A program made the position numbers and the translations under genes. The notes under the pieces are model-generated. The model was not told the DNA's origin. It did not search any database and was given only the letters and a program-made list of their open reading frames with translations. From assembly GCA_963827655.1 (NCBI GenBank), contig CAWHCF010000009.1, positions 1 to 64,000 of the forward strand: a stretch of 64,000 nucleotides of DNA. Reading direction: 5' to 3'. The stretch is from an uncultured Acidobacteriota bacterium (lineage in GTDB: Bacteria; Acidobacteriota; UBA6911). Shown here in pieces: positions 29,428-40,137 of this stretch (position 1 is its first letter; each line of letters begins with the position of its first letter).

Positions 29428-31620
29428 TCAGAAGGTCAGCCCCATGGTAATCCCGAACTGGCGCGGCGCCCCCATTTCCCCGACAAATCCTGACGGCGCC
29501 AGAGCGCCGTAGGCAAACGCTATCGGGATGTACCGCGTGTCGAACGCATTCTTGACCCAGCCTTCGACGAACCCGTACCGCACGCGCACTCCGGCGCGGA
29601 AGTTCGCGAGGGAGTATGCCTCCTGAGCTCGACTGTTGGCGTCATTGTAATCGAAACCGCCGTTGAACCATACCTCGCCGCGCCCATAAAGGGTCACCGA
29701 TGGGCTGAGGATACGGGAGTACTGCGCGCCCAGTGTCGCCGTAAAGTCCGGAGTGCTGGGAAGTTTGTTTCCGGACACATCGAGGCCGCTGGAAGAGGTT
29801 CCGTCAGCGAAGCGCGCGTGCGTGTAACCGAAAACGCCGAAGAGATCGATGGCCGGGTGAGGCCGCGCAATGAGTTCCAGCTCGACTCCCTTGCTCCGGG
29901 CGCCGCCGATGTTTGCAATGTAAAACTGGGCCGGTACGGCCGGGTTGGGCAGGTTGAGTTGCAGCCCGCTCCAGTCGATGTAGAACACGGCCGCGTTGGC
30001 GGATACCTTGCCATCGGCCAGCAGGGTCTTGACTCCGCTTTCCACATGCCAGGCGTGCTCTTCGTCATAGGCTTCGTTGCCGGGCGGAGACGCCGCGTTG
30101 AAACCGCCGGCCTTGAATCCCCGGCCCGCCGAAGCATACACCATCCGGCCCGGCTGGAAGCGGTAGGAGGCTGCAAACTGCGGCGACACGTTGGAAAAGT
30201 CCTTTTCGGCCGACACGCTGCGGCCCGGACTGAAGGCCGGATCAAAGAATGTGTTCAGCACCGCTTCCTTGTCCTCATAATCGAAACGGGCGCCCAGGGT
30301 AATGTCGAAGTTGTCGCTGAACGTCGTCGTGACCTGGCCGTACACACCCACGCCCACGTCATCCAGGTCGGCCTCCGGCGAATGCTGGTTTATCGGGAAA
30401 TTCAGCTGAGGCGATAAGACGAACGGCGCAAAGCTGTTGATGGCGTCCTGTTCGTAGCTCTGGGTGAAGAAGAATATGCCGGTCTGCCATTTCATCGTAA
30501 CGCCGTCCGCCAGGCGCGCCGGCGCAGCGGTAGCCGAGGCAAAGCGCACTTCCTGAGTGAACTGGAAATCGGTCTCGCTGTTGTCACGAGTTATCAGAGG
30601 CGCGGGCGAGTAGTCCAGGTCGGTCACGTCCTGCGTCTTCCAGTGGACGAATCCTGTGGTGGTGGCGAAAGCGAAGCGCTGCCCTTCGCGGCGCGTCTGG
30701 ATGACCGTGGACAGCACGTCCCGGTTCGTGAAGCCTTCAAAGTCGCGGGCTGAGTGAAAGGGATTCTGCCGCAGGGCCTCCAGATCGTTGAGCGCGTAGT
30801 CGCCGTCGCGGTCGCGCTCTCCCGTGAGGATGACCCGCGCTTCCCATTCGCTGTTGGGCACCCACCAGAGTTGAGCCTTCCCGTAGGAGGCCGCGCGAGA
30901 GTCCAGGTCGTTACCCGTGACGTCGTTGAGCGTGAAACCCTCGCGCTCACCGTGCCCGATCGTCAGTCCCACACCCAGCTTGTCGGTTACCGGTCCCGAC
31001 ACACTTCCCCTCGCGTCCCAGTTCGAGTAGTTGCCCACCGGAACGATCACACTGCCGGCCCATTTCGACAGAGAGGGTCTCTGGGTGGTGATGTTGACCA
31101 GCCCACCGAGCGTGTTGCGGCCGAATAACGCGCTTTGCGGTCCGCGAACGAACTCGACCTGGCCGATGTCCAGGAACTCGATGTTGGACGAGTTCGTGTT
31201 GAGCTGGGGCACACCGTCGATATAGGTCGTGATCCCGGGATTCATCGGGCTCGAACTGATGCCGCGAAACCGGGCATTGCTCAGCTTGCGCGCCGTGAAC
31301 TCCGAAAAAAATGTGTTGGGCGCATATATGGAGGCGTCGCTTACCTTCAGGACGCCGGCGTTTTTCAGCACCGTCTCGGACACTCCGGTCACGCTGACCG
31401 GCAACCGCTGGGCGTCGTCCGGCTCCTTGTAAACGTGGACCGTTATCGGCGGCAGCCGGATCGGATCCGGTTCCTGCGCCGGCGCCGATTGTGCCAGCGC
31501 AGCAGGCGGGGCGCCCGTCCCGAGGACGCCGGAGATGAGGATGAGCAGGAGCAACGGGGTCGCATTTCCACGCAGGATTCGCATCGGCGCACGTTTTAAC
31601 ATGTGCGCCATTATGCACAT
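29428..31620 (-). CDS. TonB-dependent receptor (start uncertain, 31587-31620)
   Basis: Signal peptide, plug YIDGVP..VEFVRGPQSALFGRNTLGGLVNI, GFKAGGFN, C-terminal PRQFGITMGLTF. Confidence 0.92.
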   Translation of the reverse strand: MCIMAHMLKRAPMRILRGNATPLLLLILISGVLGTGAPPAALAQSAPAQEPDPIRLPPITVHVYKEPDDAQRLPVSVTGVSETVLKNAGVLKVSDASIYAPNTFFSEFTARKLSNARFRGISSSPMNPGITTYIDGVPQLNTNSSNIEFLDIGQVEFVRGPQSALFGRNTLGGLVNITTQRPSLSKWAGSVIVPVGNYSNWDARGSVSGPVTDKLGVGLTIGHGEREGFTLNDVTGNDLDSRAASYGKAQLWWVPNSEWEARVILTGERDRDGDYALNDLEALRQNPFHSARDFEGFTNRDVLSTVIQTRREGQRFAFATTTGFVHWKTQDVTDLDYSPAPLITRDNSETDFQFTQEVRFASATAAPARLADGVTMKWQTGIFFFTQSYEQDAINSFAPFVLSPQLNFPINQHSPEADLDDVGVGVYGQVTTTFSDNFDITLGARFDYEDKEAVLNTFFDPAFSPGRSVSAEKDFSNVSPQFAASYRFQPGRMVYASAGRGFKAGGFNAASPPGNEAYDEEHAWHVESGVKTLLADGKVSANAAVFYIDWSGLQLNLPNPAVPAQFYIANIGGARSKGVELELIARPHPAIDLFGVFGYTHARFADGTSSSGLDVSGNKLPSTPDFTATLGAQYSRILSPSVTLYGRGEVWFNGGFDYNDANSRAQEAYSLANFRAGVRVRYGFVEGWVKNAFDTRYIPIAFAYGALAPSGFVGEMGAPRQFGITMGLTF

Positions 31621-31667
31621 TTCGCCCCGGCACGCAAATTATTTGAGGATGTGGGCCATGCGACTAA

Positions 31668-31899
31668 GGGCTCGCGCAGAAATAACTTCACATTCTGGCG
31701 CGAGAGTGGGTGTCAATCATGAACCGGTTTCTGTTCGCTAAGCACGGTGAGGATCGCGCCCCTTCGGGCTGCGGCCCGCAGGCCCGCTGGCTTTGTTGCT
31801 CGCTCCTCACGTACCGCACCGGGTACGCATCGTCGCTCGCGCCTCGCCAGCGGGCCTGGGGGCCTGCAGCAGAATGCGAACCTATTTCTGCGCGAACCC
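31668..31899. mobile_element. MITE family B copy 1 (IS5-like TIRs, TAA target duplication)
   Basis: TAA|GGGCTCGCGCAGAAATAA ... CTATTTCTGCGCGAACCC|TAA; near-identical to 33791-34023. Confidence 0.88.
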
Positions 31900-33005
31900 T
31901 AAGCGGAGGCCATGCGATAAGTGGGCACCGGCCTTGCCGGCCGGAAATGCTCGGTATGCACGGTATCGGCGCGCGCGCCGATGCGTGAAGTCACGGCGGC
32001 AAGCGCATCAAGCACCGCCCGGTGCAAAGACTCGGGATCCGCCTCGGCACGCAGGTTCACAATAAGCTCGCCGGAGCTTAGTTCGTCCCGAAGCGTGTGG
32101 GATAGTTCGGCTGCGCGATCGTTACCGACCTGGTTGAGCACGGCGATGTCGCCGACATCCTCGTCCGGGGTGAGGACAACTTTGAAATGCGCCAGTTCGG
32201 GGCGTCCGGCCGCAAGATGACTGGTAACTTCATGCGCCAGGTCGGAGAGGAACTTGTTGCCATCGAAGCCCTCGGGTGCCGTCACATGGAAGGTACCGTT
32301 GAACCAGCCCAGCAGCGCTTCGCCTTCGGCATACAAATCGTAGTCCACGTCCGGCGCGACTCGCGTGTCCGACTCGGTGCTGCCGACGCGCTCGAACCAC
32401 CCTTCGAGTCCATCACGGGTTCTGGCGCTGACCAGAAAAACTTCAGCCGCGCCGTAGGTCGCTCGCAGCGCGTCTTCCAGCGACGATAGTTTCTCCTTTC
32501 CCAGGAGATCCGACTTGTTGATAACGATAATATCCGCTTCCTCCAACTGCTTGTGGTAGACGTAGAGCACCTTATCCGAGAATCCTTTGCCGGACTCGAG
32601 GCCGAGAATCCGGCGCGCGCGGATGGGATCCACAAGAACGCTTAACGGCGCGATGCGATAGTCATCTCCATACAGACGGCGCAGAGGATATTGCACGGAG
32701 GCGCGCAGATCGGTGCAGCTTCCCACGGGCTCGGCAAGAAACACGTCAGGCTTCGCCGCTTCGGTCAATCGTTCCGCGGCAGAGGTCAATGAATTGAACC
32801 GGCAGCAAAAACATCCGCCCGTGATCTCCTGGACCGGATACCCGTGAGAGTCCACCATCGCAGTGTCCACGAGACCGGTACTCTGATCATTGGTGATCAA
32901 CCCGACGCGCCGTCCTCTCGAGGTCAGATGTTCTGCCAGTCTGAGCAGGGCCGTCGTCTTCCCGGCGCCCAGGAAGCCTCCCACCATTATGTAATCAGCT
33001 TTCAT
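31899..33005 (-). CDS. COG0523/CobW-like G3E GTPase metallochaperone
   Basis: GGFLGAGKTT, ITNDQ, GGCFCC, AEPVGSC, QLEEAD..INKSD. Confidence 0.9.
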   Translation of the reverse strand: MKADYIMVGGFLGAGKTTALLRLAEHLTSRGRRVGLITNDQSTGLVDTAMVDSHGYPVQEITGGCFCCRFNSLTSAAERLTEAAKPDVFLAEPVGSCTDLRASVQYPLRRLYGDDYRIAPLSVLVDPIRARRILGLESGKGFSDKVLYVYHKQLEEADIIVINKSDLLGKEKLSSLEDALRATYGAAEVFLVSARTRDGLEGWFERVGSTESDTRVAPDVDYDLYAEGEALLGWFNGTFHVTAPEGFDGNKFLSDLAHEVTSHLAAGRPELAHFKVVLTPDEDVGDIAVLNQVGNDRAAELSHTLRDELSSGELIVNLRAEADPESLHRAVLDALAAVTSRIGARADTVHTEHFRPARPVPTYRMASA

Positions 33006-33334
33006 CGTTCGGTTCCTCCGTCGAATGCCGCGGCTAGTTGTGTTGGGAGTCAGGGGCCGCATCGATCCCAACTCTACCAACTCCATTTCGAAACTGCAAT
33101 CACCGCGGGATTCGATTCGTCACCTCCTTGTGCTCGGTGGTTATCCTCACGTTCGGCTCCGGGAGAAGAGCGTCGTTGGCCAGGCCCACCACAGCGAAAG
33201 CTAAAATCGTTTGCCTTCTGCCCGAAAGACTGTGTGAGAATTACCTGGTTCGTGCAAATTCGGAGTTCTTCGTGCCGGGTCAACGCCGGGTTCCGGGCCC
33301 ATGCACGAAGTCGATTTTTCGGAGACAGACTAGA

Positions 33335-33730
33335 ATGGCAGACCAGACTAAAGAGAATGCGGCGCCACTCAATATCTCGACCAGGCTTGCGTTTGATCGC
33401 ACGCGGCTAGCCCATGATCGAACCATGATGGCCTGGGTCCGAACGGCGACCTCGCTCATTACTTTCGGTTTCGCGATCTATAAATTCTTCCAGTTCGAAC
33501 TTAAGAGGACCGAGCCGGTTGACCGAATGATCGGGCCACGCGAGTTTGCGCTGATCATGATCAGCATCGGCCTTGCTTGCCTCACGATGGCGACCATTCA
33601 GCACCGGCGGGACAGGAACGCGCTGATAGCCATGGATCCCGAGATGCCCCGCTCGCTGGCGGCACTGCTCGCGGCCCTGGTCGCGATGCTGGGGCTTGTG
33701 GCCCTGACGGCGGTCATCCTCGGGCATTGA
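33335..33730 (+). CDS. DUF202/YidH membrane protein
   Basis: RTRLAHDRTMMAWVRTATSLITFGFAI plus three TM segments. Confidence 0.88.
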   Translation: MADQTKENAAPLNISTRLAFDRTRLAHDRTMMAWVRTATSLITFGFAIYKFFQFELKRTEPVDRMIGPREFALIMISIGLACLTMATIQHRRDRNALIAMDPEMPRSLAALLAALVAMLGLVALTAVILGH

Positions 33731-33790
33731 CAATCGTTCAAGGTCGGCGAGCTGCTCGGAGTAGTGTTGCTGGCTTGACATGCGATCTTA

Positions 33791-34023
33791 GGGCTCGCGC
33801 AAAAATAACTTCACATTCTGGCGCGAGAGTCGGTGGTCAATCATGAATCGGTTTCTGTTAGCCAACCACCCTGAGGATCGCGCCCCTTCGGGCTGCGGCC
33901 CGCAGGCCCGCTGGCTTTGTTGCTCGCTCCTCACGTACCGCACCGGGTACGCATCGTCGCTCGCGCCTCGCCAGCGGGCCTGGGGGCCTGCAGCAGAATG
34001 CGAACTTATTTCTGCGCGAACCC
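33791..34023. mobile_element. MITE family B copy 2 (TTA target duplication)
   Basis: TTA|GGGCTCGCGCAAAAATAA ... TTATTTCTGCGCGAACCC|TTA. Confidence 0.88.
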
Positions 34024-34076
34024 TTAGGAGTGTTTGGGCCACGTGAGACACGATCTCACTAATCGGAGAGTCTGAC

Positions 34077-34853
34077 ATGAGTTTCACATTTTCAGCGTTA
34101 TTGTTTGCCTTTGTTCTTTTTCTCGGCATGTTGCTGCTACTGGAAGTTGGCCGACGGATCGCGCTGCGACAGAAAATGAAGGAAGGCGACGGGGCGTCGG
34201 ATGGCTTTGGTGCTTTGGGAGGATCCGTCTTCGCCCTGTTGGGCCTGCTGATCGCGTTCACCTTCTCGGGAGCTGCCTCCAGGTTCGATGTGCGACGGCA
34301 CCTGGTCGTCGAGGAAACCAACGCTATCGGCACTGCGTACCTTCGGCTCGACCTGCTGCCGGCCCAGGCCCAAGCGCGGTTGAAAGAAGGTTTCCGGCAA
34401 TACCTGGACGCGCGGCTGGAAGCCTATCGAAGGCTACCAGACATTGCCGCGGCGAGAGAAGGACTTGCCAGAGCCACGACGTTGCAGGGCGAGATCTGGC
34501 GCCAGGCCGTCGCCGCCCTCCAGGAGGCAAACAATACCCCGGCTACGACTCTCCTTCTATCCGCTCTGAACGAAATGATCGACATCACGACTACCCGGAC
34601 TATGGCGGCCGAAATGCATCCGCCGATGATCATATTCGTGATGCTGGGGGGGATGATACTGGCGTCTTCCCTGCTGGCCGGCTACGGCATGGCAAGTATC
34701 AAATCGGGCAGCTGGATACCCAAGCTTGTCTTCGCGGCCAGCCTTGCGGTCGCCGTTTATGTCATCATCGACCTCGAGTATCCGCGCCTGGGGTTGATTC
34801 GAGTCGAGGGATTCGATCAGGCGCTCGTCGAGCTGCGACAAAGCATGAAGTGA
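34077..34853 (+). CDS. DUF4239/bestrophin-like membrane protein
   Basis: LLGLLIAFTFSGAASRFDVRR..EETNAIGTAYLRLDLL, IIDLEYPRLGLIRV. Confidence 0.8.
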   Translation: MSFTFSALLFAFVLFLGMLLLLEVGRRIALRQKMKEGDGASDGFGALGGSVFALLGLLIAFTFSGAASRFDVRRHLVVEETNAIGTAYLRLDLLPAQAQARLKEGFRQYLDARLEAYRRLPDIAAAREGLARATTLQGEIWRQAVAALQEANNTPATTLLLSALNEMIDITTTRTMAAEMHPPMIIFVMLGGMILASSLLAGYGMASIKSGSWIPKLVFAASLAVAVYVIIDLEYPRLGLIRVEGFDQALVELRQSMK

Positions 34854-34895
34854 GCCGCGCCTCTTCCCTTCTTGCGCACGAATTGCAGCACGAAA

Positions 34896-35015
34896 CTTAG
34901 TACCCGGTTTCATAAGGGCGGTAACTTATTTCCAGTGGTTTTTCGGGATGCAAACCGTGGTCGCGCGAGGCGAAGCAAGCTTCGCAAACCAAGACGGTAG
35001 CAAGCTTACCGCCCT
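34896..35015. repeat. Degenerate MITE-like end (CTTAGTACC.GGTTTCATA); inverted relative at 45504-45533
   Basis: 26/30 match to the reverse complement of 45504-45533; internal AGGGCGGTAA pairs with TTACCGCCCT. Confidence 0.55.
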
Positions 35016-35215
35016 CCAAAGACTCGCCCTTTGAATTCGTAGCTTGTTAAAGGTCCCTCGCCATCACCGGCGTTGAAGGGCGGGTCTGACGTCCACCAAA
35101 GAGCGGACTCCGCAAAGACCCCGAACCCGAGCCTCCCCTGCACTTGCAAGGGCCCCATTTAAAGAAAAAGCTTGACACACCACCGGCTCTGTCCCAAGAT
35201 TTGGTCCGCTAATGA

Positions 35216-35230
35216 TGAAATTCAATTTCA
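35216..35230. promoter_or_regulatory. Fur-box-like 7-1-7 palindrome, downstream of TTGACA (35172)
   Basis: TGAAATT-C-AATTTCA upstream of an iron-uptake operon. Confidence 0.65.
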
Positions 35231-35275
35231 ATTTCTATTTGATCGATTGCTCGGACCGATGCGGGGTGGTGACTG

Positions 35276-36520
35276 ATGGATCTCGACAGACTTAAGAATC
35301 GTCCCAAAGACGTGCGCGCGCGTGTCTGGATTTTCCGCGTCCACCTATGGGTTGGCATTACCATCGGACTCTATGCTTGCTTCATCGGAACCACCGGAAG
35401 CGTGCTGATGTTCCGGGGTCACTTCGAACGAGCGGCCAATCGTGATTGGCTTGCCGTCGAACCTGAGCCAGGGGCTCGCAGGCTCTCTACGGATGAAGTT
35501 GTTGCTCTGGTTCGTGAGCGCTCCCCCGAGAGTCGCATCATCGGGCTCATACTCCCGCAGGATGAAAACGGCAGTTTTCAGGTTACCATCCAGGTCTCCC
35601 AACCAGGCCCTGCTGCTCAACCAGGAACCGGCGGCTCCCGAAGCGGAAGTCCGGCAAGAAACCAGACTCTTTACATTCATCCGGAAACCGGAGCGCTGCT
35701 CGGAGCGAGTCAACCGGGTGGGGGTTTCTGGCAATGGATGCACGTCTTTCACGGCAGCCTTCAGGCGGGCCGGACCGGGCGGGTCATCAATGGTTATGCC
35801 GGTATTCTCATGGTCATCATGTGTCTGACCGGCCTGTGCATCTGGTGGCCCGGACTGCCGAGTTGGAAACGCCATCTTGGAGTTAATCGGAAGGCCGGGT
35901 GGAAGCGCCTGGTGTGGGAGCTTCATAGCGCCACGGGTTTCTGGTCTGTGCTCTTTATTCTCGTGCTCTCCCTTACCGGCATCTACTACACGTGGCCGGA
36001 TGCCTACCGCAATCTCATATCCAGAATCAGTCCCTTGACTCGGAATCAGCAGCCGCCAGCCGTGGCGTGGGACGGGACGGCCCGGCCCCTGACCATTGGC
36101 TCACTGGTCACGATCGCTGAAGAGACGCTTCCAGGCAAGAAGGTTTCCAGGGTCCGCATGTCTCCGGGGGGAAAACAGGCCATCCAGATGATGCTGCCGG
36201 AGAGTTCCTGGGAAGAATCGCGCAACGTCAATTCCATCTACTTGAATCCCTACACCGGGGAGGTGGTGAAGAAGGACCTCCTGCAGAATTGGACGCTGGG
36301 TGACCGGCTCCTTTCATGGGTCACGCCGATTCACTTTGGTACTTTCGGCGGGATTGCTCTCCGAATCTTGTATTTCGTGCTTGGTCTTTCTCTCCCGCTC
36401 CTGTTCATCACCAGCTATGTGATGTGGTGGAACCGCGTCGTCCGAAAACGTGTGTTCTCTCTAAGCGGAGCTGGCGAGCGCGGAGGCGAGATGGCGCCCA
36501 GCGAGGGTGAAGCGGCTTAG
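35276..36520 (+). CDS. PepSY-associated TM helix protein (iron-regulated)
   Basis: VHLWVG..TGSVLMF, HVFHGSL, TGLCIWWP, ELHSATGFW..LTG, PIHFGTFGG. Confidence 0.92.
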   Translation: MDLDRLKNRPKDVRARVWIFRVHLWVGITIGLYACFIGTTGSVLMFRGHFERAANRDWLAVEPEPGARRLSTDEVVALVRERSPESRIIGLILPQDENGSFQVTIQVSQPGPAAQPGTGGSRSGSPARNQTLYIHPETGALLGASQPGGGFWQWMHVFHGSLQAGRTGRVINGYAGILMVIMCLTGLCIWWPGLPSWKRHLGVNRKAGWKRLVWELHSATGFWSVLFILVLSLTGIYYTWPDAYRNLISRISPLTRNQQPPAVAWDGTARPLTIGSLVTIAEETLPGKKVSRVRMSPGGKQAIQMMLPESSWEESRNVNSIYLNPYTGEVVKKDLLQNWTLGDRLLSWVTPIHFGTFGGIALRILYFVLGLSLPLLFITSYVMWWNRVVRKRVFSLSGAGERGGEMAPSEGEAA

Positions 36521-36617
36521 AGGTAATTGCACAGAGACTGGGCCATGTGTTTCCCGAGCCCCTTTCGCATCGCGTACCCAACCCGGTCCATCAGGATTAT
36601 ATATTGAGAGGTGAAAG

Positions 36618-39082
36618 TTGAAAACCGGAAACCGCAGCGCAATGAACCGGCATAGAAGAAAGATCTCCAGAAAGAATCGAAATAAGTCCCATCAGGGCGG
36701 AGCGAAATATTGGATGGCGATGGGGACTCTGGCGGCGTGCACGGTCCTGCGCCCCGAAGAAAGCGCCGCGGCTCCTAAACCAAGAGGCGCCTATCAGATC
36801 GACGCATCCACAAGACTCATCACGGGTGGTTCAGGTGAGCCGATTTGACATCCCGGCCGGCACCTTGGACTCGGCGCTCAAGACCTTTGAGAGTGTGACT
36901 GGATTCCGGATAGTTCTCGCGAATGAAGGAATAGGAAACCTGGCGTCGCCGGGAGTTTCGGGTACCTTCACAACGGATCAGGCCCTGCAGCGACTGTTGA
37001 CCGGAACCGGCGTCGCGTACCGAATCACGGCTCCGGATACCATAACTCTGGAACTGCGTGGTCCCAGCGGGGCCGTGGAAGTAACGGCAATCAGCCCCGT
37101 CGTGACCGTGTCGTCGCCCAAGTATACGGGTCCACTCCGGACGGTGCCTCAGACCATCACGGTGATTCCCCAGACCGTCATCGAGGAACAGGGCGCCACA
37201 ACCTTGCGCGACGTGCTGCGCAATGTTCCAGGACTCACGATGACTGCCGGCGAAGGGGGAACTCCGGCAGGCGACAATCTAACGCTGCGCGGTTTCAGTG
37301 CGCGCAACGACCTTTTTGTCGACGGAGTGCGCGATATGGGTCCGACTTCCCGCGATCCTTTCAATATCGAACAGGTGGAAGTGGTCAAGGGTCCGGGATC
37401 GGCGTTCAGCGGCCGCGGTTCCACCGGAGGAACCATCAATCTGGTGAGCAAATCTCCCAGTCTTACGCCCTTCTACGGCGGAACGCTCAATTTCGGCAGT
37501 GACGAAACCAAACGCGCCACCGTGGATGTCAACCTTCCGGTGAAAGCACTCGGGGACCGCGCTGCATTTCGATTGAATCTGCTGGGCCATGATTCCGAAG
37601 TGGCCGGCCGTGATGCCGTGGAAAACCGGCGCTGGGGGGCGGCGCCGTCCCTGCTGCTTGGCCTGGGCCCGCAGACAAGGCTTACCCTGAGCTATTTCAT
37701 TATGGAGCAGGATAACCTTCCCGATTACGGTATTCCCTGGGTCACTGCAACTCACAACCTGCTGGTCGATTTTCGCGACCAGCCTGCGCCAGTGCCTCGC
37801 GATACGTTTTACGGGTTGAAATCTAGAGACCACGAAGAGACGAGATCCCACCTGGCGACGGGAAAGGTCGAGCACGATTTCAGCGATTCCCTTACTTTAC
37901 GCAATCAGGTCCGCTATGGACGTTCGACTCGCGACTCCGTAACCACCGCGCCCCGGTTCGCAAGCAACGATTCGCTGGTCATCAACCGCAACGGGCCCTC
38001 ATGGATCACGGAAGATGACATCTTCGATAACCAGACGGATCTGCGAGTTGGCTTCGAGACCGGCGAAATCAAACACACGCTTGTGACCGGCCTGGCGCTC
38101 AGCCGGGAGCAGAACATTCGCGTCACCCGGACCGTCGCAGGCGCCCCGCCTACCATGCTCTATAATCCGGATCCGGACGAGCCCTTCAACGGAACCACAA
38201 CGATCAGCCCGAATGTCGGAGACGTCACCGGAGATTCGCTCGCCGTTTACGCCTTCGACACCTTGAAACTTGGCAACCAATGGGAACTGAACGGTGGCGT
38301 GCGCTGGGACCGGTTTGCTGTCGACGGGGTCAATACGGCTGCCGTGCCGGTTGAGAGGACCGACAGGATGTTCGGTTTTCGTGGAGGTGTCGTATACAAG
38401 CCGAAGTCGAACGGCAGCGTTTATGCGGCCATCGGAAATTCGCTCGACCCCTCACTCGAGGGCCTTTCATACGGAACCGCCAATACGGCGATTGGTCCCG
38501 AGAAGACTTACAATCTCGAACTGGGCAGCAAGTGGGACCTCCTGGGAGAGAAGCTGTCGGTAAGCGGGGCCCTGTTTCAGCGTGGAAAAGACCAACGCCC
38601 GGACTCCTGGGCTGCTACCCGACGATCCGCCGCAGGTCCTGGAAGGAAGACAGCGCGTGAACGGAATCGAATTCGGCGCCGTCGGAAGCATCACGTCAGT
38701 CTGGAAGGTGTTTGGGGCGTATACGCTCCTGGATGACGACATTCTAGAGTCGAACGTGCCCGCGGAAGTTGGCAAACGGCTGATCAACACGCCCAGAAAT
38801 TCCGGCAATATCTGGACCACCTACGAGATGAGAGGGAAACTCAGCCTGGGCGGGGGCGCCCGATTTGTCGGCCGCCGCTTTGGAAACACGATCAACACGC
38901 GGTCAGTCGGCAGCTACTGGAGTCTCGATGCGATGGTCATGTTCCCGGTGAGCCGGCACCTCGATCTCCGGTTGAATCTCTACAATCTGAATAATGTTTA
39001 CTACTTTGACCGGCTTGCAGGCGGTCATCTCATTCCGGGCGTGGGACGGTCGCTTTCTCTCACGACGGGTTTTCGGTTCTGA
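36618..39082 (+). CDS. TonB-dependent siderophore receptor (Fiu/PiuA-like) with STN domain; frameshifts ~36826 and ~38580
   Basis: FDIPAGTL (STN), PQTITVIP, LRGF, VEVVKGPGS..GGTINLVSK, C-terminal LTTGFRF. Confidence 0.9.
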
Positions 39083-39166
39083 GCTGAAAGAGCGTCCGGG
39101 AGCGCGATTCCCTTCCCGTTTTCCCGGCGTTTCTTCGGCCAGGTTTGCATTTAGATAAAAGGTCAC

Positions 39167-39847
39167 ATGCTGGTGCAGATTCCCGAAGTCCTCAGGTTGC
39201 CCGAGGTCGCTCACTACAGGCAAGTACTGGATGAGGCGGACTGGATTGATGGCCGGGCGACGGCCGGGCCCCAATCGGCTCGGGCGAAGGACAACATGCA
39301 GCTTCCCGAGGAGCATCCCGCCGCGCGCCAGCTTGGCAGTGAACTGATCGCTGCGCTCGAACGCAATACCCTCTTCATGGCTGCGGCGCTGCCTTCGAAG
39401 GTATTCCCGCCCCTCTTCAACCGCTACCAGGCCGGCCAGGCTTTTGGCAATCACATTGACAATGCAATCCGCCAGGTGACCGGGACGCCGCATCGTATCC
39501 GCACGGATCTCTCAGCTACCCTGTTCTTGACTCCGCCGGACGAGTATGATGGCGGTGAGCTTATCGTCGAGGACACCTACGGGGTTCATAGCATCAAGCT
39601 GCCTCCGGGACACATGATTCTGTACCCGGCGAGCAGCCTCCACCGGGTGAATCCCGTGACCCGCGGAACCCGAATCGCCTCCTTCTTCTGGATCCAGAGC
39701 ATGGTTCGCGATGATGGCCGGCGCACTCTACTCTTCGACCTCGACATGGCCATCCAGCAGATCGTCGGCGACGTGCCCGACCATCCTGCGACTGTGCAGC
39801 TTACCGGCATCTATCATAATCTCCTGCGCCGCTGGGCGGAGGTTTGA
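39167..39847 (+). CDS. piuC: PKHD-type Fe(II)/2OG hydroxylase (PiuC/YbiX)
   Basis: [56 protein letters not shown]. Confidence 0.92.
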   Translation: MLVQIPEVLRLPEVAHYRQVLDEADWIDGRATAGPQSARAKDNMQLPEEHPAARQLGSELIAALERNTLFMAAALPSKVFPPLFNRYQAGQAFGNHIDNAIRQVTGTPHRIRTDLSATLFLTPPDEYDGGELIVEDTYGVHSIKLPPGHMILYPASSLHRVNPVTRGTRIASFFWIQSMVRDDGRRTLLFDLDMAIQQIVGDVPDHPATVQLTGIYHNLLRRWAEV

Positions 39848-40137
39848 GCGGCTGGTTCTCGATCGACCGGGCCGTGTCAGGCGGGTGGATCGGACACTCC
39901 GCATTTCGCTCGCTCCTGTCCCCGGCGTGCGTGCAGGTCTTGCAGGAAGCACGCGAACCCCAAATCGAGTACACTAAGCGATCGGGTCCTGACCGGCCGG
40001 CGTCATCCTCTCTATGGGGGATGAAATCTGGCGGGCGGCTCACATGGCTGTCGATCTCACGGGGTTGAACAACGCAGTTGTAGTGGGCACGGCGCACAGG
40101 TGAGAATTCCATGCCAAACCATTAACCCGGGAGAATC

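Noticed and set aside
33006-33334. Cobalamin riboswitch upstream of the CobW-like gene; also a Moco riboswitch upstream of mop (14301-14467)
   Set aside because: No B12 box or other conserved riboswitch core recognisable by eye; an Infernal/Rfam scan would settle it
31668-34023. Composite transposon carrying the COG0523 and DUF202 genes
   Set aside because: Each MITE has its own distinct TSD (TAA vs TTA), and the outer flanks do not match each other
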